A stretch of DNA of 64,000 nt. It comes from an uncultured Clostridia bacterium (GTDB lineage: Bacteria; Bacillota; Clostridia; TANB77; CAG-508). The number at the start of each line of letters is the position of its first letter. The stretch's first letter is position 1. This document shows, one piece after another, positions 20,027 to 30,756 of the stretch. The stretch covers positions 5,551 through 69,550 of the forward strand of contig CANQTK010000002.1 in NCBI GenBank assembly GCA_947626735.1, written 5' to 3'. Made by a program: the position numbers and the translations under genes. The notes below the pieces were generated by a model, which saw only the letters and a list, made by a program, of their open reading frames with translations, was not told where the DNA came from and did no database searches.

Positions 20027-21829
20027 TTGAAAAATAGTATTAAAACATTAGCCATGTGGTTAATTATATTTGTTATTTTTATTGTAGTAATTACTTCTAT
20101 ATTAGATAATTCAAACAATAAATTAGCCTATTCAGAGTTAATTTCAAAAATAGAAGCAGGAGAAGTAGAACAAATTGAAATTTCTTCTGATGGTACAAGT
20201 GCACAGGTTTTATTAAAAAATGATAATGTAGCAAAAGAAGTAAATATTCCAAGTATAGATAGTTTAATGGATAATTTGCAAGAAGCCATGAAACTAGATA
20301 CCATTAAAGTAACAGAAAAATCAGAATCGATTTGGATGGTGGGCTTGAGCCTACTTACCCCATTTGGTATTTTAATTATCTTTGTGATTTTCTGGTTCTT
20401 CTTAATGAATGGTAACCAAGCTGGTGGAAGCAAAACCATGACTTTTGGAAAAAGTAGAGCTAGAATGATGAATCCACAAGATAAAGCCAAAGTTACTTTT
20501 AAAGATGTAGCAGGTGTGGATGAAGAAAAAGAAGAATTAGAGGAAATTGTAGAATTCTTAAAAAATCCTAGAAAATTCACAGAAATGGGAGCAAGAATTC
20601 CAAAAGGAGTATTGCTAGTAGGGCAACCAGGTACAGGTAAAACTTTGCTTGCTAAAGCCGTAGCAGGAGAAGCAGGGGTACCATTCTTTATTATTAGTGG
20701 TTCCGATTTCGTAGAAATGTTTGTTGGTGTAGGAGCTTCTCGTGTAAGAGATTTATTTGAAGAAGCAAAGAAAAAAGCACCATGCATTGTTTTTATTGAT
20801 GAAATTGATGCCGTAGGACGCCAAAGAGGTGCAGGCCTTGGTGGTGGACATGATGAAAGAGAACAAACGTTAAACCAATTATTAGTAGAAATGGATGGTT
20901 TTGCTGAAAACGAAGGCGTTATTGTCCTTGCAGCAACCAACCGACCAGATGTCTTAGATAAGGCTTTATTAAGAGCAGGAAGATTTGATCGACAAATTAT
21001 CGTAGGTGCACCAGATGTCAAAGCAAGAGAACAAATCTTAGAAGTGCATAGTAGAAAGAAAAGATTAGCCAATGATGTTGACTTAAAAGTGATTGCGAAA
21101 AATACTTCTGGTTTTGCAGGAGCGGACCTAGAAAATATTTTAAACGAAGCAGCGCTTTTATCAGCAAGACGTAACTTACCAGAAATTGGAATGAAAGAAA
21201 TTGAAGATGCTATGATAAAAGTAACCATGGGACCAGAAAAAAGAACAAGAGTAAGAAGCGAAAAAGAAAATAAATTAGTGGCTTACCATGAAGCAGGTCA
21301 TGCGGTAGTAAGTAGATATTTACCAACCCAAGATCCAGTACATCAAATTTCTATTGTACCAAGAGGAATGGCAGGAGGATATACCATGTATCGTCCAACA
21401 GAAGATAAAAACTTCATGTCAAAATCCGAAATGGAAGAAACCATTGTATCTTTACTTGGTGGTAGAGTAGCAGAGCAACTTATTTTAGATGATATTTCAA
21501 CAGGGGCAAGCAATGATATTCAAAGAGCAACTAGCATTGCAAGAAACATGGTAACCAAATATGGAATGAGCGAAAGAATTGGAGCTATTATGCTAGGTTC
21601 CGGACAAGAAGAAGTCTTCTTAGGAAGAGACTTTGCACAAGCAAAGGAATACTCCGAAGAAACAGCAGGCATTATTGATGAAGAAATTAAGAAAATTGTA
21701 GATAAAGCTTATAACACAGCAGCTGAAATTCTAAAAACACATATTGATAAATTACACACGGTAGCAGGAATTTTATTAGAAAAAGAAAAAATCGATGGCG
21801 AAGAGTTTGATAGAATTTTTGCAGAATAG
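20027..21829 (+). CDS. ftsH: ATP-dependent zinc metalloprotease FtsH
   Basis: 600 aa. Two TM segments, Walker [12 protein letters not shown] region and HEAGHA zinc motif. Confidence 0.96.
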   Translation: MKNSIKTLAMWLIIFVIFIVVITSILDNSNNKLAYSELISKIEAGEVEQIEISSDGTSAQVLLKNDNVAKEVNIPSIDSLMDNLQEAMKLDTIKVTEKSESIWMVGLSLLTPFGILIIFVIFWFFLMNGNQAGGSKTMTFGKSRARMMNPQDKAKVTFKDVAGVDEEKEELEEIVEFLKNPRKFTEMGARIPKGVLLVGQPGTGKTLLAKAVAGEAGVPFFIISGSDFVEMFVGVGASRVRDLFEEAKKKAPCIVFIDEIDAVGRQRGAGLGGGHDEREQTLNQLLVEMDGFAENEGVIVLAATNRPDVLDKALLRAGRFDRQIIVGAPDVKAREQILEVHSRKKRLANDVDLKVIAKNTSGFAGADLENILNEAALLSARRNLPEIGMKEIEDAMIKVTMGPEKRTRVRSEKENKLVAYHEAGHAVVSRYLPTQDPVHQISIVPRGMAGGYTMYRPTEDKNFMSKSEMEETIVSLLGGRVAEQLILDDISTGASNDIQRATSIARNMVTKYGMSERIGAIMLGSGQEEVFLGRDFAQAKEYSEETAGIIDEEIKKIVDKAYNTAAEILKTHIDKLHTVAGILLEKEKIDGEEFDRIFAE

Positions 21830-21911
21830 TGAGGCATTGGGAACGTTTTTGTTTGCATCATCTGTCTCCCTTCTGTATCATAATATTCTTATCATTTAAC
21901 AAGACAAAGTC

Positions 21912-21941
21912 AAAGGACACTGCAATTTTGCAATGTCCTTT
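21912..21941. terminator. bidirectional terminator hairpin between ftsH and convergent ORF
   Basis: AAAGGACACTGCAAttttGCAATGTCCTTT. Confidence 0.55.
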
Positions 21942-22017
21942 CATTTATGTTTGTTTACTCTGTTAAGTGGTTTTTCATGCGTGCGTAAACACTAGAAGTA
22001 ATTTGATTTACTAATAT

Positions 22018-22425
22018 CTAAATCTTGCTACCGGTAACAAACAGAAAATCATTAATTCGTTCTTTTAAAATCTTATTATCTGTTTCATATGTTTCAAAAA
22101 ACTTTCGCATATCTTCATAATAACCAATTTGCACAAAGTCATCAGAAACCTGAAAAGCAAAAATAGGTCTGGAATCTAAAGATACCTCTGTGTCAGAAAA
22201 ATAATTTGATTTTACAGCATCTCCTAAGAATACAATTCTATTTGTATGACGCTTTGGAATAGGTTCAAAACCGGTTATTTCCAGAGTCTCCTCATTTCCA
22301 ATGTGAAAATAATATAAAGAATCATCAAAACATTGAAAAACAGGTAATACAAAATCAGGAACAATGTCAAACATGTTCATAAAGCCAACTAACTGATACT
22401 TCCGATTTGCTACTTCTTTACTCAT
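22018..22425 (-). CDS. hypothetical protein (135 aa, no recognisable motif)
   Basis: Clean ORF with its own terminator; AGGAAAAAA sits just upstream of the ATG. No family recognised by eye. Confidence 0.45.
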   Translation of the reverse strand: MSKEVANRKYQLVGFMNMFDIVPDFVLPVFQCFDDSLYYFHIGNEETLEITGFEPIPKRHTNRIVFLGDAVKSNYFSDTEVSLDSRPIFAFQVSDDFVQIGYYEDMRKFFETYETDNKILKERINDFLFVTGSKI

Positions 22426-22732
22426 AAATTTTTTCCTCCAATAATTATTTTTTGTTTATTCGTTACATAAGCTAATTTAAAAGGAAATAATAAAAATTAG
22501 ATGAAATGATTATATTATATAATTTTAAATAAAACAAGAGGAAATAAAAAATTTAGTATAGAAGTGAATAAAACTAAATAGATTGCAAATGCAATCCTAT
22601 TAGAAATAAAAAAATTGCTAAGAAATAAGATTTAGTATATAATAAAAAAGTAGTATTGATAAAAAACAAAATAGTACTCCAAATAGAAAAGTAGGTATTA
22701 GAAAATATAGTAAGAGAGAAAGGAGAAATAAG

Positions 22733-23500
22733 ATGTTAGCTTTAGTTACCGGTAGTTCTTCCGGAATCGGAAGGGACATGGCACGTTATTTAAATGAGTT
22801 AGGATATGATTTAATCATTACAGCTAGAGACAAACAAAACTTAGAAGACTTAAAGAAAGAATTAAATAGTAAAAATGACAGAACAGTAGATATCATTGTA
22901 AAAGATTTATCGAAAACAGAAGAATGCATTTCTTTACATGAAGAAATCAAGCAAAAGTATGATTTTGTTGATTTGGTCATTAACAATGCAGGTTTTGGCT
23001 TATGTGGAGAATTTACCAAAACGAATTTAGAAAAAGAACTGTCTATGATAGATACCAACATAAAGGCAGTACACATTTTAACCAAATTATTTTTGCAAGA
23101 TATGGTAGAAAAAAATAAAGGAAGAATTTTAAATGTATCTTCCATTGCGGGGTTTATGCCAGGCCCCTTAATGGCAACTTATTACGGAACGAAAAATTAT
23201 GTATTACGTTTAACGCAAGCTATTAAAGAAGAACTAAACAAAAGTAAATCAAAGGTAAAGGTAAGCGTTTTATGCCCGGGCCCAGTAAACACTAATTTTG
23301 ACAAAGTAGCAAATGTGAAATTTGCTATGAAAGGTTTAAGCAGTGAGTATGTAGCAAAATATGCCATCGACAAAATGTTAAAAAATAAAACGATTATCAC
23401 AGTAGGGTGGAAAATCAAAATCGCAAGATTTTTCAGTAAAGTAACTCCAGATAGTATACTGGCAAAAGTATGTTATCATATGCAAAAAAGAAAATTGTAA
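22733..23500 (+). CDS. SDR family oxidoreductase
   Basis: TGSSSGIG cofactor motif, NNAG, YxxxK (YYGTK). Confidence 0.85.
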   Translation: MLALVTGSSSGIGRDMARYLNELGYDLIITARDKQNLEDLKKELNSKNDRTVDIIVKDLSKTEECISLHEEIKQKYDFVDLVINNAGFGLCGEFTKTNLEKELSMIDTNIKAVHILTKLFLQDMVEKNKGRILNVSSIAGFMPGPLMATYYGTKNYVLRLTQAIKEELNKSKSKVKVSVLCPGPVNTNFDKVANVKFAMKGLSSEYVAKYAIDKMLKNKTIITVGWKIKIARFFSKVTPDSILAKVCYHMQKRKL

Positions 23501-23570
23501 AAAAAGGACGGATCCAAAAATTTATCGCTGATAAATTTTTAGACCCATCTTTTTTTTACATCATCTATTT

Positions 23571-25844
23571 TTAGTGTGAATTTTCTATGTCACTTTTTAG
23601 CGTTACATTAACCACGCTACCTTCTTCTACAGCAGTTCCTGCCATAGGGTCTTGGGAAAGGACATAGCCATTACCAGTAATATGAATATTTAAATTTTTT
23701 GCCTTTAGAGCATTTCTTGCTTGTGCATAACTCATTCCTTTTAAATCTGGAACTTGTTGCGATACACGAGTTTCATTACCACTAGAATATAAATTAACAG
23801 AGGCTCCATGGATAAGGGCAGTTCCTGGTTTTGGTACTTGATCGGTTACGACTAAAGAAGTATCAGAACCTGAAATTTTACAAGTAAATCCCGCATTTTC
23901 AATTATTTTTTTTGCTTCTGCTACCGTTTTATTTCGTACATCTGGCAAAGTAGTCGTTTGAATTGTATTTACGCCTTCTGCAGAAGATAAATCGTCGGAT
24001 GGAATACCAAGGTAAGGTAATACTTCTGATAAAATTTGAGAGACAACAGGAGCAGCAATTGTACTACCTTGATGTCCATTTGGACCTTGAGGGTCATGCA
24101 AAGCAAGCAAAACAACAACTTCCGGATTTTGAACAGGAGCAATTCCTACAAAAGAAGCCACCCAATAAGAACCCTCATTTTCATCAGGCTCAGCGGTTCC
24201 AGTTTTTCCGGCAATACGATAACCTCGTACTTGACCATTTTTTCCTGTACCATCTGCTACAACAGATTCTAGCATATCCATTAATTTATTAGCCGTATCT
24301 TTCGAAATAACTTGTCTTACATTAGAAGAATTAATCGATACAATAGCACCAGTATCTGGATTTTCAATTTGCTTTACTAAACGTGGCTGCATTAAAACAC
24401 CATCATTAGCCACTGCTGAAATAGCAGTAATTAGTTGAATAGGAGTAATACGGAAACGTTGTCCAAAAGACATGGTAGCAAGTTCTACATTGCCAACATC
24501 ATCTAAATTCCAAAAATAACTATTGGCCTCTCCAGAAGTAGAAATACCAGTTCTGTTAAACAAACCAAAAGCTTTATAGTATTTATATAGAGTAGGTGCA
24601 CCAATACGTTTTCCCAGTTGCATTAAGGCAGGGTTACAAGAGTTCATCAAAGCTTGCCTTAATGTTTGAGTTCCATGTGTCGTATAACTTCTCCAACAAT
24701 CAATTCTGATTCCATTTACCATTTCATAGCCAATACAGGAAAAGTCATTAGCCGTATCAGTACTTACGATATTTTCTTCTAAACCAACAGCAGCAGTAAT
24801 AATTTTAAAAGTAGAACCTGGTTCATATGTATCTGATACAACTCTATTTCTCCACATTTTATATAAAGAATTCAATTGATCTGTCTCAGACATACTTTCC
24901 CATGTAGTAGCTAAAGTAGAATTTGGTTCGCGAGGAGAATTTAGGTCGTAATCAGGGTAGGTAGCCATAGCTAGAATATCTCCATTAGAAGGATTCATAA
25001 TTACAACGGTTCCGCCATTTTGACAATTATTTTCCGCGCAAGCTTGTTTTAAATACTTTTCTGCAATTGTTTGAATGTTAGCATCAATTGTTAATGTAAT
25101 ATTATTTCCATTTTCTGCAGGAATGTAACTTTCATTGTTATCCGGAATTAAAGAACCTTTTGCGTTTTCAATACTAACCATTTTACCTGCTGTACCACTT
25201 AACACGCTATTCCATTTCAGTTCAATGCCTTCTTGTCCATTGTTATCCGTGTCGCAAAAACCAATTAAATTAGCAGCTAAATTACCATAAGGGTAATATC
25301 TTTTTACATCTTCATCAATGTTAATACCCGAATAAATTTCAGTCGTTTCCATCCAATTTTTTAGTTCATCAATTTGTTCTTGCTCTACTTTTTTGGCAAT
25401 GGTTCGAACAGAACTGTCACTATTTACGTCTTCTAATACTTCGTCATAATTTAAATTAAAAATAGTAGATAAGGCCTTGGCCACTTGTTCCTTATTTTCT
25501 TTTTTTATTTGACTAGGATTAATACTGACGGTATCAACTGGGGCACTAGCAGCAAGAAGTTTTCCTGTAGAATCATAAATATTTCCCCTTTTTGCACTAA
25601 TAATACGGTTAGCTGTTTGTTGACGATTTGCCGATTCTTTTAATTCAGCTCCTTGTACAAATTGTAAAAAGGCTATTCTAAAAAGCAGAAGAGCAAAAAG
25701 AAGTAAACAAATAATCATAGAAATAAATAATGGTTTGTTTTTCACTGCTTTTTCCTTTTTTCTTTTCGCCATAGAATTTCCTTTATTTCCTTGTTTTCGT
25801 TCATAAGAAGAACTTTTTTTCGATTTCTTTTTATTTTGATCCAT
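23571..25844 (-). CDS. class B penicillin-binding protein (SpoVD/PBP2B-like) with two PASTA domains
   Basis: 757 aa. Lys-rich tail plus TM, STFK, SCN and KTGT motifs, two C-terminal PASTA repeats. Confidence 0.9.
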   Translation of the reverse strand: MDQNKKKSKKSSSYERKQGNKGNSMAKRKKEKAVKNKPLFISMIICLLLFALLLFRIAFLQFVQGAELKESANRQQTANRIISAKRGNIYDSTGKLLAASAPVDTVSINPSQIKKENKEQVAKALSTIFNLNYDEVLEDVNSDSSVRTIAKKVEQEQIDELKNWMETTEIYSGINIDEDVKRYYPYGNLAANLIGFCDTDNNGQEGIELKWNSVLSGTAGKMVSIENAKGSLIPDNNESYIPAENGNNITLTIDANIQTIAEKYLKQACAENNCQNGGTVVIMNPSNGDILAMATYPDYDLNSPREPNSTLATTWESMSETDQLNSLYKMWRNRVVSDTYEPGSTFKIITAAVGLEENIVSTDTANDFSCIGYEMVNGIRIDCWRSYTTHGTQTLRQALMNSCNPALMQLGKRIGAPTLYKYYKAFGLFNRTGISTSGEANSYFWNLDDVGNVELATMSFGQRFRITPIQLITAISAVANDGVLMQPRLVKQIENPDTGAIVSINSSNVRQVISKDTANKLMDMLESVVADGTGKNGQVRGYRIAGKTGTAEPDENEGSYWVASFVGIAPVQNPEVVVLLALHDPQGPNGHQGSTIAAPVVSQILSEVLPYLGIPSDDLSSAEGVNTIQTTTLPDVRNKTVAEAKKIIENAGFTCKISGSDTSLVVTDQVPKPGTALIHGASVNLYSSGNETRVSQQVPDLKGMSYAQARNALKAKNLNIHITGNGYVLSQDPMAGTAVEEGSVVNVTLKSDIENSH

Positions 25845-26006
25845 TTTTTCACCAACTCTTTTTAGGATAGAAAGTTAAACTATTTTTATTGTACAGAAAA
25901 AGAAAAAGAAAATCAATAGTTAGAAAAAAATTGTAAAAAGAATGAATAAAAAATAACATGAAAAAAAGCGTATTAATCTAAAAAAGATTGAATACGCTTT
26001 TGAACA

Positions 26007-26306
26007 TTAAGTGTACACGTATAAAAGATCTTCCTGCTTTGTTACTAACCATGGAATACAGTTAGAAGTTGCTTGAAAACCACTACTTTCAAGAGAAAAA
26101 TAAAAAGTAGAGCTATGAGCAACTACCTGTTGATCTTTCGCCATTAGCAACATTTCATGCACGTCTTTTTTACGAAATACAATAGTAGAGACTTGAAGAA
26201 TTTCTTTGGTTTCTAAAGCATGAAGAATTGCTTCAATGCAAGCCTCAGAAACATTTTGTTCTTCTAATTTTCTCCGTATTCTGGAAAGAACTTCGCTTTT
26301 TTTCAT
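26007..26306 (-). CDS. hypothetical protein (99 aa)
   Basis: ORF with GGGAG about 8 nt upstream of the ATG. No recognisable family. Contains one of the four in-frame CGG codons (codon 11, 26274-26276). Confidence 0.35.
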   Translation of the reverse strand: MKKSEVLSRIRRKLEEQNVSEACIEAILHALETKEILQVSTIVFRKKDVHEMLLMAKDQQVVAHSSTFYFSLESSGFQATSNCIPWLVTKQEDLLYVYT

Positions 26307-26484
26307 TTTGCTTCTCCCTATAATGATAGTTAAGAAATAACAATCGCTACTTTTTTATTATACTATATTTTCCAGTATTTTGCAACAATTTTGAGTGATT
26401 TTAGTACGAACCCAAGAGAAGTACAAATTTCATAGACAAATTAAGAAGGATATGATAAAATAATATAATAGAGGAGAAGAGAAA

Positions 26485-27336
26485 ATGAGCAAGGTGTATC
26501 AAGAAACGATGTTTTTATTAAAAAAATATCATATTACAGCCAATAAAAAATTAGGGCAAAATTTTTTAATTGAAGATTCTGTCGTTAACAAAACCGTAGA
26601 AAGTGCCAATATTACAAAAAAAGACTTGGTAATTGAAATTGGTCCTGGACTTGGAACTTTAACTAGTTTATTATTAGAAAAAGCAAAAAAAGTAATAGCA
26701 ATAGAGTTAGATGAAAGGATGGTAACGATTTTAAAAGAACGTTTTGCCCTTTCTAGCAATTTAGAAATCATCCAAAAAGATATTTTACAGATAGATTTAA
26801 AACAATTGCTTGAACAAGAAAAGAAAGAAAGTGAAATCCAAAAAATAAAAGTAGTAGCAAATCTTCCTTACTATATTACAACACCTATTATTATGAAATT
26901 ATTAGAAGATAAGTTACCAGTAGAAACCATTACTATTATGATTCAAAAAGAAGTAGCAGATAGACTAACTGCTCTACCGGGAGAAAAATTGGCAGGAGCT
27001 ATTACTTATAGTGTAAATTATTATGCAGAGGCAAGGAAAATTATAGAAGTGCCAAAAGAAAGTTTTCTTCCGGTGCCAGAGGTAGAATCTACAGTTATTG
27101 AGTTAAAATTAAGAGAAAAACCAAAAGTAATGGTACAAAACGAAAAAAAGTTTTTTGCTTTAATAAAAACTTCGTTTATGCAAAGAAGAAAAACATTTTT
27201 AAATGGGGTATCAAATGGTGGTTTTGCAGAAAAAGAGCAACTGAAACAAATTTTACAAGAATTGAACCTACCAGAAAATATTCGCGGAGAAAATTTAAGC
27301 TTAGAACAATTTGCACAAATTGCTAATCAATTATAA
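26485..27336 (+). CDS. rsmA: 16S rRNA (adenine1518/1519-N6)-dimethyltransferase
   Basis: KKLGQNFLID-type N-terminus, EIGPGLGTLT SAM motif, NLPYYITTPI. Confidence 0.93.
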   Translation: MSKVYQETMFLLKKYHITANKKLGQNFLIEDSVVNKTVESANITKKDLVIEIGPGLGTLTSLLLEKAKKVIAIELDERMVTILKERFALSSNLEIIQKDILQIDLKQLLEQEKKESEIQKIKVVANLPYYITTPIIMKLLEDKLPVETITIMIQKEVADRLTALPGEKLAGAITYSVNYYAEARKIIEVPKESFLPVPEVESTVIELKLREKPKVMVQNEKKFFALIKTSFMQRRKTFLNGVSNGGFAEKEQLKQILQELNLPENIRGENLSLEQFAQIANQL

Positions 27337-27445
27337 GACAAAGAAAAACGAAAAATATTTAGGGGTATTTTAACACGAATTATTGCATAAATTTTAAAAT
27401 ATGGTATAATAAAATTAGAGATGAAAAAATAAAGGAAGAAGAAGC

Positions 27446-28174
27446 ATGAACCAAATTTTGGTAACAGAAAAAATTTATGTAACACCAGAATTACGCAGAA
27501 AAAAGAAATTGTATAAACTACAATTCTTTTTATGTGTGTTTTTAGCATGCTCGTTATTTTCCTATTATATTTATGCAGAATACGACAGAGGAAAAAGTGA
27601 GGAAGTATCGCAAGAAATTTTAGTAGGACTTACAAAACAAAAAGAAAATGAAGAGGACAATACAATTAAAGTAGTAGATGATATTATTGTAGTGGCCTTA
27701 AATGACAATGAAGAACCAGAGACCTATGAAATTTTTGATGAACAACCTTCTACTGTACAATATACAACAGAAGATGGAACGAATTATACCGTAGAATCTT
27801 TTCTGAATATTCCTCGCTTGGAAATTCATTATGCTGTTTTTGCCGAAACATCCCCAGAACTCTTAAAAAAATCATTAAATAAATATTGGGGACCAAAACC
27901 AAACGATGTAGGAAACTATTGTATTGTTGGACACAATTATAAAAATAAAACAATGTTTGGCCGTTTATCGGAAATTGTTAATGGCGATATAGTAGAATTA
28001 GAAGGAGCAGATGGAAAAGTAGTAAAATATTCTGTTTATAAGAAAGAAGTCGTAGAGCCAACCGATACTTCTTGTACAAGCCAATTAACGAACGGTAGAA
28101 GAGAGCTAACTTTAATTACTTGTACCAATTATGGAACACAAAGATTAATTGTCAAAGCAAGAGAAGTAAAATAG
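27446..28174 (+). CDS. sortase family transpeptidase (membrane anchored)
   Basis: N-terminal TM, catalytic His (CIVGHN), TLITC Cys motif, C-terminal Arg. Confidence 0.8.
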   Translation: MNQILVTEKIYVTPELRRKKKLYKLQFFLCVFLACSLFSYYIYAEYDRGKSEEVSQEILVGLTKQKENEEDNTIKVVDDIIVVALNDNEEPETYEIFDEQPSTVQYTTEDGTNYTVESFLNIPRLEIHYAVFAETSPELLKKSLNKYWGPKPNDVGNYCIVGHNYKNKTMFGRLSEIVNGDIVELEGADGKVVKYSVYKKEVVEPTDTSCTSQLTNGRRELTLITCTNYGTQRLIVKAREVK

Positions 28175-28260
28175 AAAAGTAAAATAAAAAAGTAATACTT
28201 TTTAAAATTTTTTAAAAAAAGTATTGCTTTTTTTTTATTCTTATATTAAAATTTAGTAAA

Positions 28261-28286
28261 AGTGGAGAGAAGTGGAACAAAGTGGA
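28261..28286 (+). promoter_or_regulatory. MraZ-box operator: three AGTGGA direct repeats at exact 10 bp spacing
   Basis: AGTGGA at 28261, 28271 and 28281, about 27 nt upstream of the mraZ start. MraZ is known to bind triplicated short direct repeats with 10 bp periodicity. Confidence 0.6.
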
Positions 28287-28312
28287 ATAAAATGCATAGG
28301 AGGTGAATCAAA

Positions 28313-28744
28313 GTGCTAATCGGTGAATATGAGCATTCTCTAGATGTAAAAGGTAGATTAATTATGCCAGCAAAATTAAGAGAAGATATGGGAGAAAAGT
28401 TCATTATAACCAAGGGATTAGATGGCTGTTTATTTGGGTTTTCCCAAAATGAATGGGCAAACTTTGAGGAAAAATTAAAAACACTTCCACTTACGAATAA
28501 AAATGCAAGAGACTTTGTAAGGTTTTTCTTATCTGGTGCCATGGAATGTGAAATAGACAAACAAGGAAGATTTTTAATTGCGAGTAACTTAAGAGAATAT
28601 GCTAACATGGAAAAAGACGTGGTCATTATTGGTGTAGGAACCAGACTAGAAATATGGAATAAAGAAAAATGGAAAACTTACAATAGTGAAGAAAATATCT
28701 CTGCTGATGAAATTGCAGAAAATATGACAATGCTTGGTATATAA
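28313..28744 (+). CDS. mraZ: transcriptional regulator MraZ
   Basis: 143 aa. [16 protein letters not shown] and second DKQGRFLI SpoVT/AbrB-like repeat. GTG start with GGAGGTG 7 nt upstream. Confidence 0.93.
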   Translation: MLIGEYEHSLDVKGRLIMPAKLREDMGEKFIITKGLDGCLFGFSQNEWANFEEKLKTLPLTNKNARDFVRFFLSGAMECEIDKQGRFLIASNLREYANMEKDVVIIGVGTRLEIWNKEKWKTYNSEENISADEIAENMTMLGI

Positions 28745-28997
28745 CTTGCAAAAGTTTATATAAAAACACAAAAGAAAAGAACAAAAGAACACAAAAGACA
28801 AAAGGAAAAAGAACAAAGGAAAAAAATAGTAAGATACAAAAGATAAAAGTTTAAGTTTTATAAAAACCGAAGAAAAAAGAACAAAGATACAAAGGTTTCA
28901 AATTTCAAAAGAAAAATAAGGTAAATAACAAAAGCAAATACAAGTTAATTTATGCAAAAGAAAAGGAAAGATAGAACAAAAGAAAAAGTAGCATCAA

Positions 28998-29024
28998 CAG
29001 TTGGTATTTTTTAAATACCAACTG
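28998..29024 (+). other. perfect 12 bp stem/3 nt loop hairpin in the mraZ-rsmH spacer (no T-tract)
   Basis: CAGTTGGTATTTtttAAATACCAACTG. Confidence 0.6.
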
Positions 29025-29069
29025 CTTGTGTTACGATACAAAGAAAAGAAAAATAGAGGTTACAGATTA

Positions 29070-30011
29070 GTGGAATTTAAGCATAAACCTGTTTTATTAC
29101 AAGAATGTATAGATGGTTTAAAAATAAAGAAAAATGGCATCTATGTCGATGGAACTCTTGGTGGAGCAGGACATAGTAGTGAAATTTTAAAACAGTTATC
29201 AAACCAAGGAAAATTGATTGGAATTGACCGCGATGAAGAAGCATTACTAGCAGCAAAGAAAAAACTACAAAACTATCAAAATGTAATTTACCTTCATGGA
29301 AACCATGACAATATAAAAGAACTATTACAAGACATACAAATACAACAAGTAGATGGCATTTTATTAGATTTAGGAGTTTCTTCTTACCAATTAGACGAAA
29401 AAGAAAGAGGTTTTAGCTATCGCCAAGATAGTACCTTAGATATGCGTATGGATCAAACACAGAAATTAACGGCAGAAGAAGTGGTCAATGAATATTCTGA
29501 AGAAAAGTTAGCTACTATCATAGAACAATATGGGGAAGAAAAATTTGCTCGCAATATTGCTAAAAACATTGTAAAAAAAAGACAATTAGAACGTATACAA
29601 ACAACAAAACAACTCGTTGAAATTATTCAAAAATCAATTCCACTTTCCAAACAAAAAGAAGGGCATCCTGCTAAGAGAACTTTTCAAGCTATTCGAATAG
29701 AAGTCAACAATGAAATAGAACCATTAAAAGAAACGATAAAACAATGTATCGATTGTTTAAAAGAAGGAGGAAGATTATGCGTTATTACCTTCCACTCTTT
29801 AGAAGATCGAGCAGTAAAGCAAGCTTATATAGAAGCACAAGGTAAGTGTACTTGTCCAAAAGATTTACCTTATTGTATATGTGGTTGTGAATCCCAAGGG
29901 AAAATAGTAAATAAAAAACCAATTTTGCCTTCTAAGGAGGAACAACAAGAAAATACAAGAAGCAAAAGTGCAAAATTAAGAATTTTTGAAAAACATCACA
30001 ATGAAAAATAA
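29070..30011 (+). CDS. rsmH: 16S rRNA (cytosine1402-N4)-methyltransferase
   Basis: Start placed at GTG 29070 (AGAGGT 9 nt upstream; [10 protein letters not shown] is the canonical N-terminus). [15 protein letters not shown] and FHSLEDR motifs. Confidence 0.92.
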   Translation: MEFKHKPVLLQECIDGLKIKKNGIYVDGTLGGAGHSSEILKQLSNQGKLIGIDRDEEALLAAKKKLQNYQNVIYLHGNHDNIKELLQDIQIQQVDGILLDLGVSSYQLDEKERGFSYRQDSTLDMRMDQTQKLTAEEVVNEYSEEKLATIIEQYGEEKFARNIAKNIVKKRQLERIQTTKQLVEIIQKSIPLSKQKEGHPAKRTFQAIRIEVNNEIEPLKETIKQCIDCLKEGGRLCVITFHSLEDRAVKQAYIEAQGKCTCPKDLPYCICGCESQGKIVNKKPILPSKEEQQENTRSKSAKLRIFEKHHNEK

Positions 30012-30082
30012 ATAGAAGTGATTCTATTTGCACAATTTTTATTGGCTAAAAAAGCAAAAAAAAAGAGGTGAGCAAATAGCAA

Positions 30083-30607
30083 ATGGCATACCCAAGATAC
30101 CAAGGCTATCAATATGAAACGAGCCCAAGAAAACTACAACCAGAGTATACCCCAAGAAAAAATCCTTATCAAAAAAAGAAATCTTCTACTAGAAAAGTAG
30201 TAAAAGCAAAAGAGCAAAAACAAACCAAAAGAACCTTAAAACCAAAAGTAAAATTAGTTCTTTTTATTGCCGTTGCCTTTGCTATCTTATTCGCTATTAG
30301 CTATCAAAACTCACTCATTACAGAAAATTTTAATCAAAAAGAAAAATTAAAAGCAAGTTTAGCTGCCATAGACAAAGAAAATGAACAATTAAAAATCAAT
30401 ATTGAAAAAAGTTTAAATTTAAATAAAGTAGAACAATCAGCAAAAGAAATGCTAGGAATGCAAAAGTTAGATAATAGTCAAAAAGTATATATCAATTTAC
30501 CAAAAAAAGATTATATTGAATCTTCTAGCACAGAAAATTTTACGATAGAAGAAGACCATAATATATGGCAAAATTTGATACAATTCGTAAAGAAATTAAT
30601 CAAATAA
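30083..30607 (+). CDS. ftsL: cell division protein FtsL/DivIC-like (septum formation initiator)
   Basis: Basic N-terminus, single TM, coiled coil; position between rsmH and the PBP gene. Confidence 0.6.
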   Translation: MAYPRYQGYQYETSPRKLQPEYTPRKNPYQKKKSSTRKVVKAKEQKQTKRTLKPKVKLVLFIAVAFAILFAISYQNSLITENFNQKEKLKASLAAIDKENEQLKINIEKSLNLNKVEQSAKEMLGMQKLDNSQKVYINLPKKDYIESSSTENFTIEEDHNIWQNLIQFVKKLIK

Positions 30608-30609
30608 AA

Positions 30610-30650
30610 AGTAGAGATAGAAAAAAATAATTCTATCTTTATTTTTTAGA
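30610..30650 (+). terminator. intrinsic terminator inside dcw cluster after ftsL
   Basis: AGAGATAGAAaaaaataaTTCTATCTTTatttttt. Confidence 0.5.
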
Positions 30651-30756
30651 CTAAAATAATGATGTAAGAATCTTTAAAAAATGAAAAACATGTCATGAAA
30701 AAGGCTTTGTATACATATTCTTAAGGTAAGAAAACTTAAGAATGTGAGGGAAAAAA

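Noticed and set aside
20128-21228. 366-aa ORF antisense to ftsH
   Set aside because: It lies entirely inside the well-supported ftsH gene on the opposite strand. Its composition is low-complexity Ser/Phe/Ile/Ala-rich, typical of the mirror frame of purine-rich coding DNA. It has no RBS and no recognisable motif.
28745-28997. The A/G-rich dcw spacer as a decayed Lys-rich coding region or as a tandem-repeat/CRISPR-like array
   Set aside because: No open frame longer than about 35 codons exists. The repeat units are irregularly spaced (7-15 nt) and not separated by unique spacers, so it is neither a gene nor a CRISPR array. It is kept only as a compositional oddity.
29001-29069. TTG-initiated extension of rsmH
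   Set aside because: The extension starts inside the 28998-29024 hairpin and encodes non-conserved residues. GTG 29070 with an upstream AGAGGT gives the canonical RsmH N-terminus.
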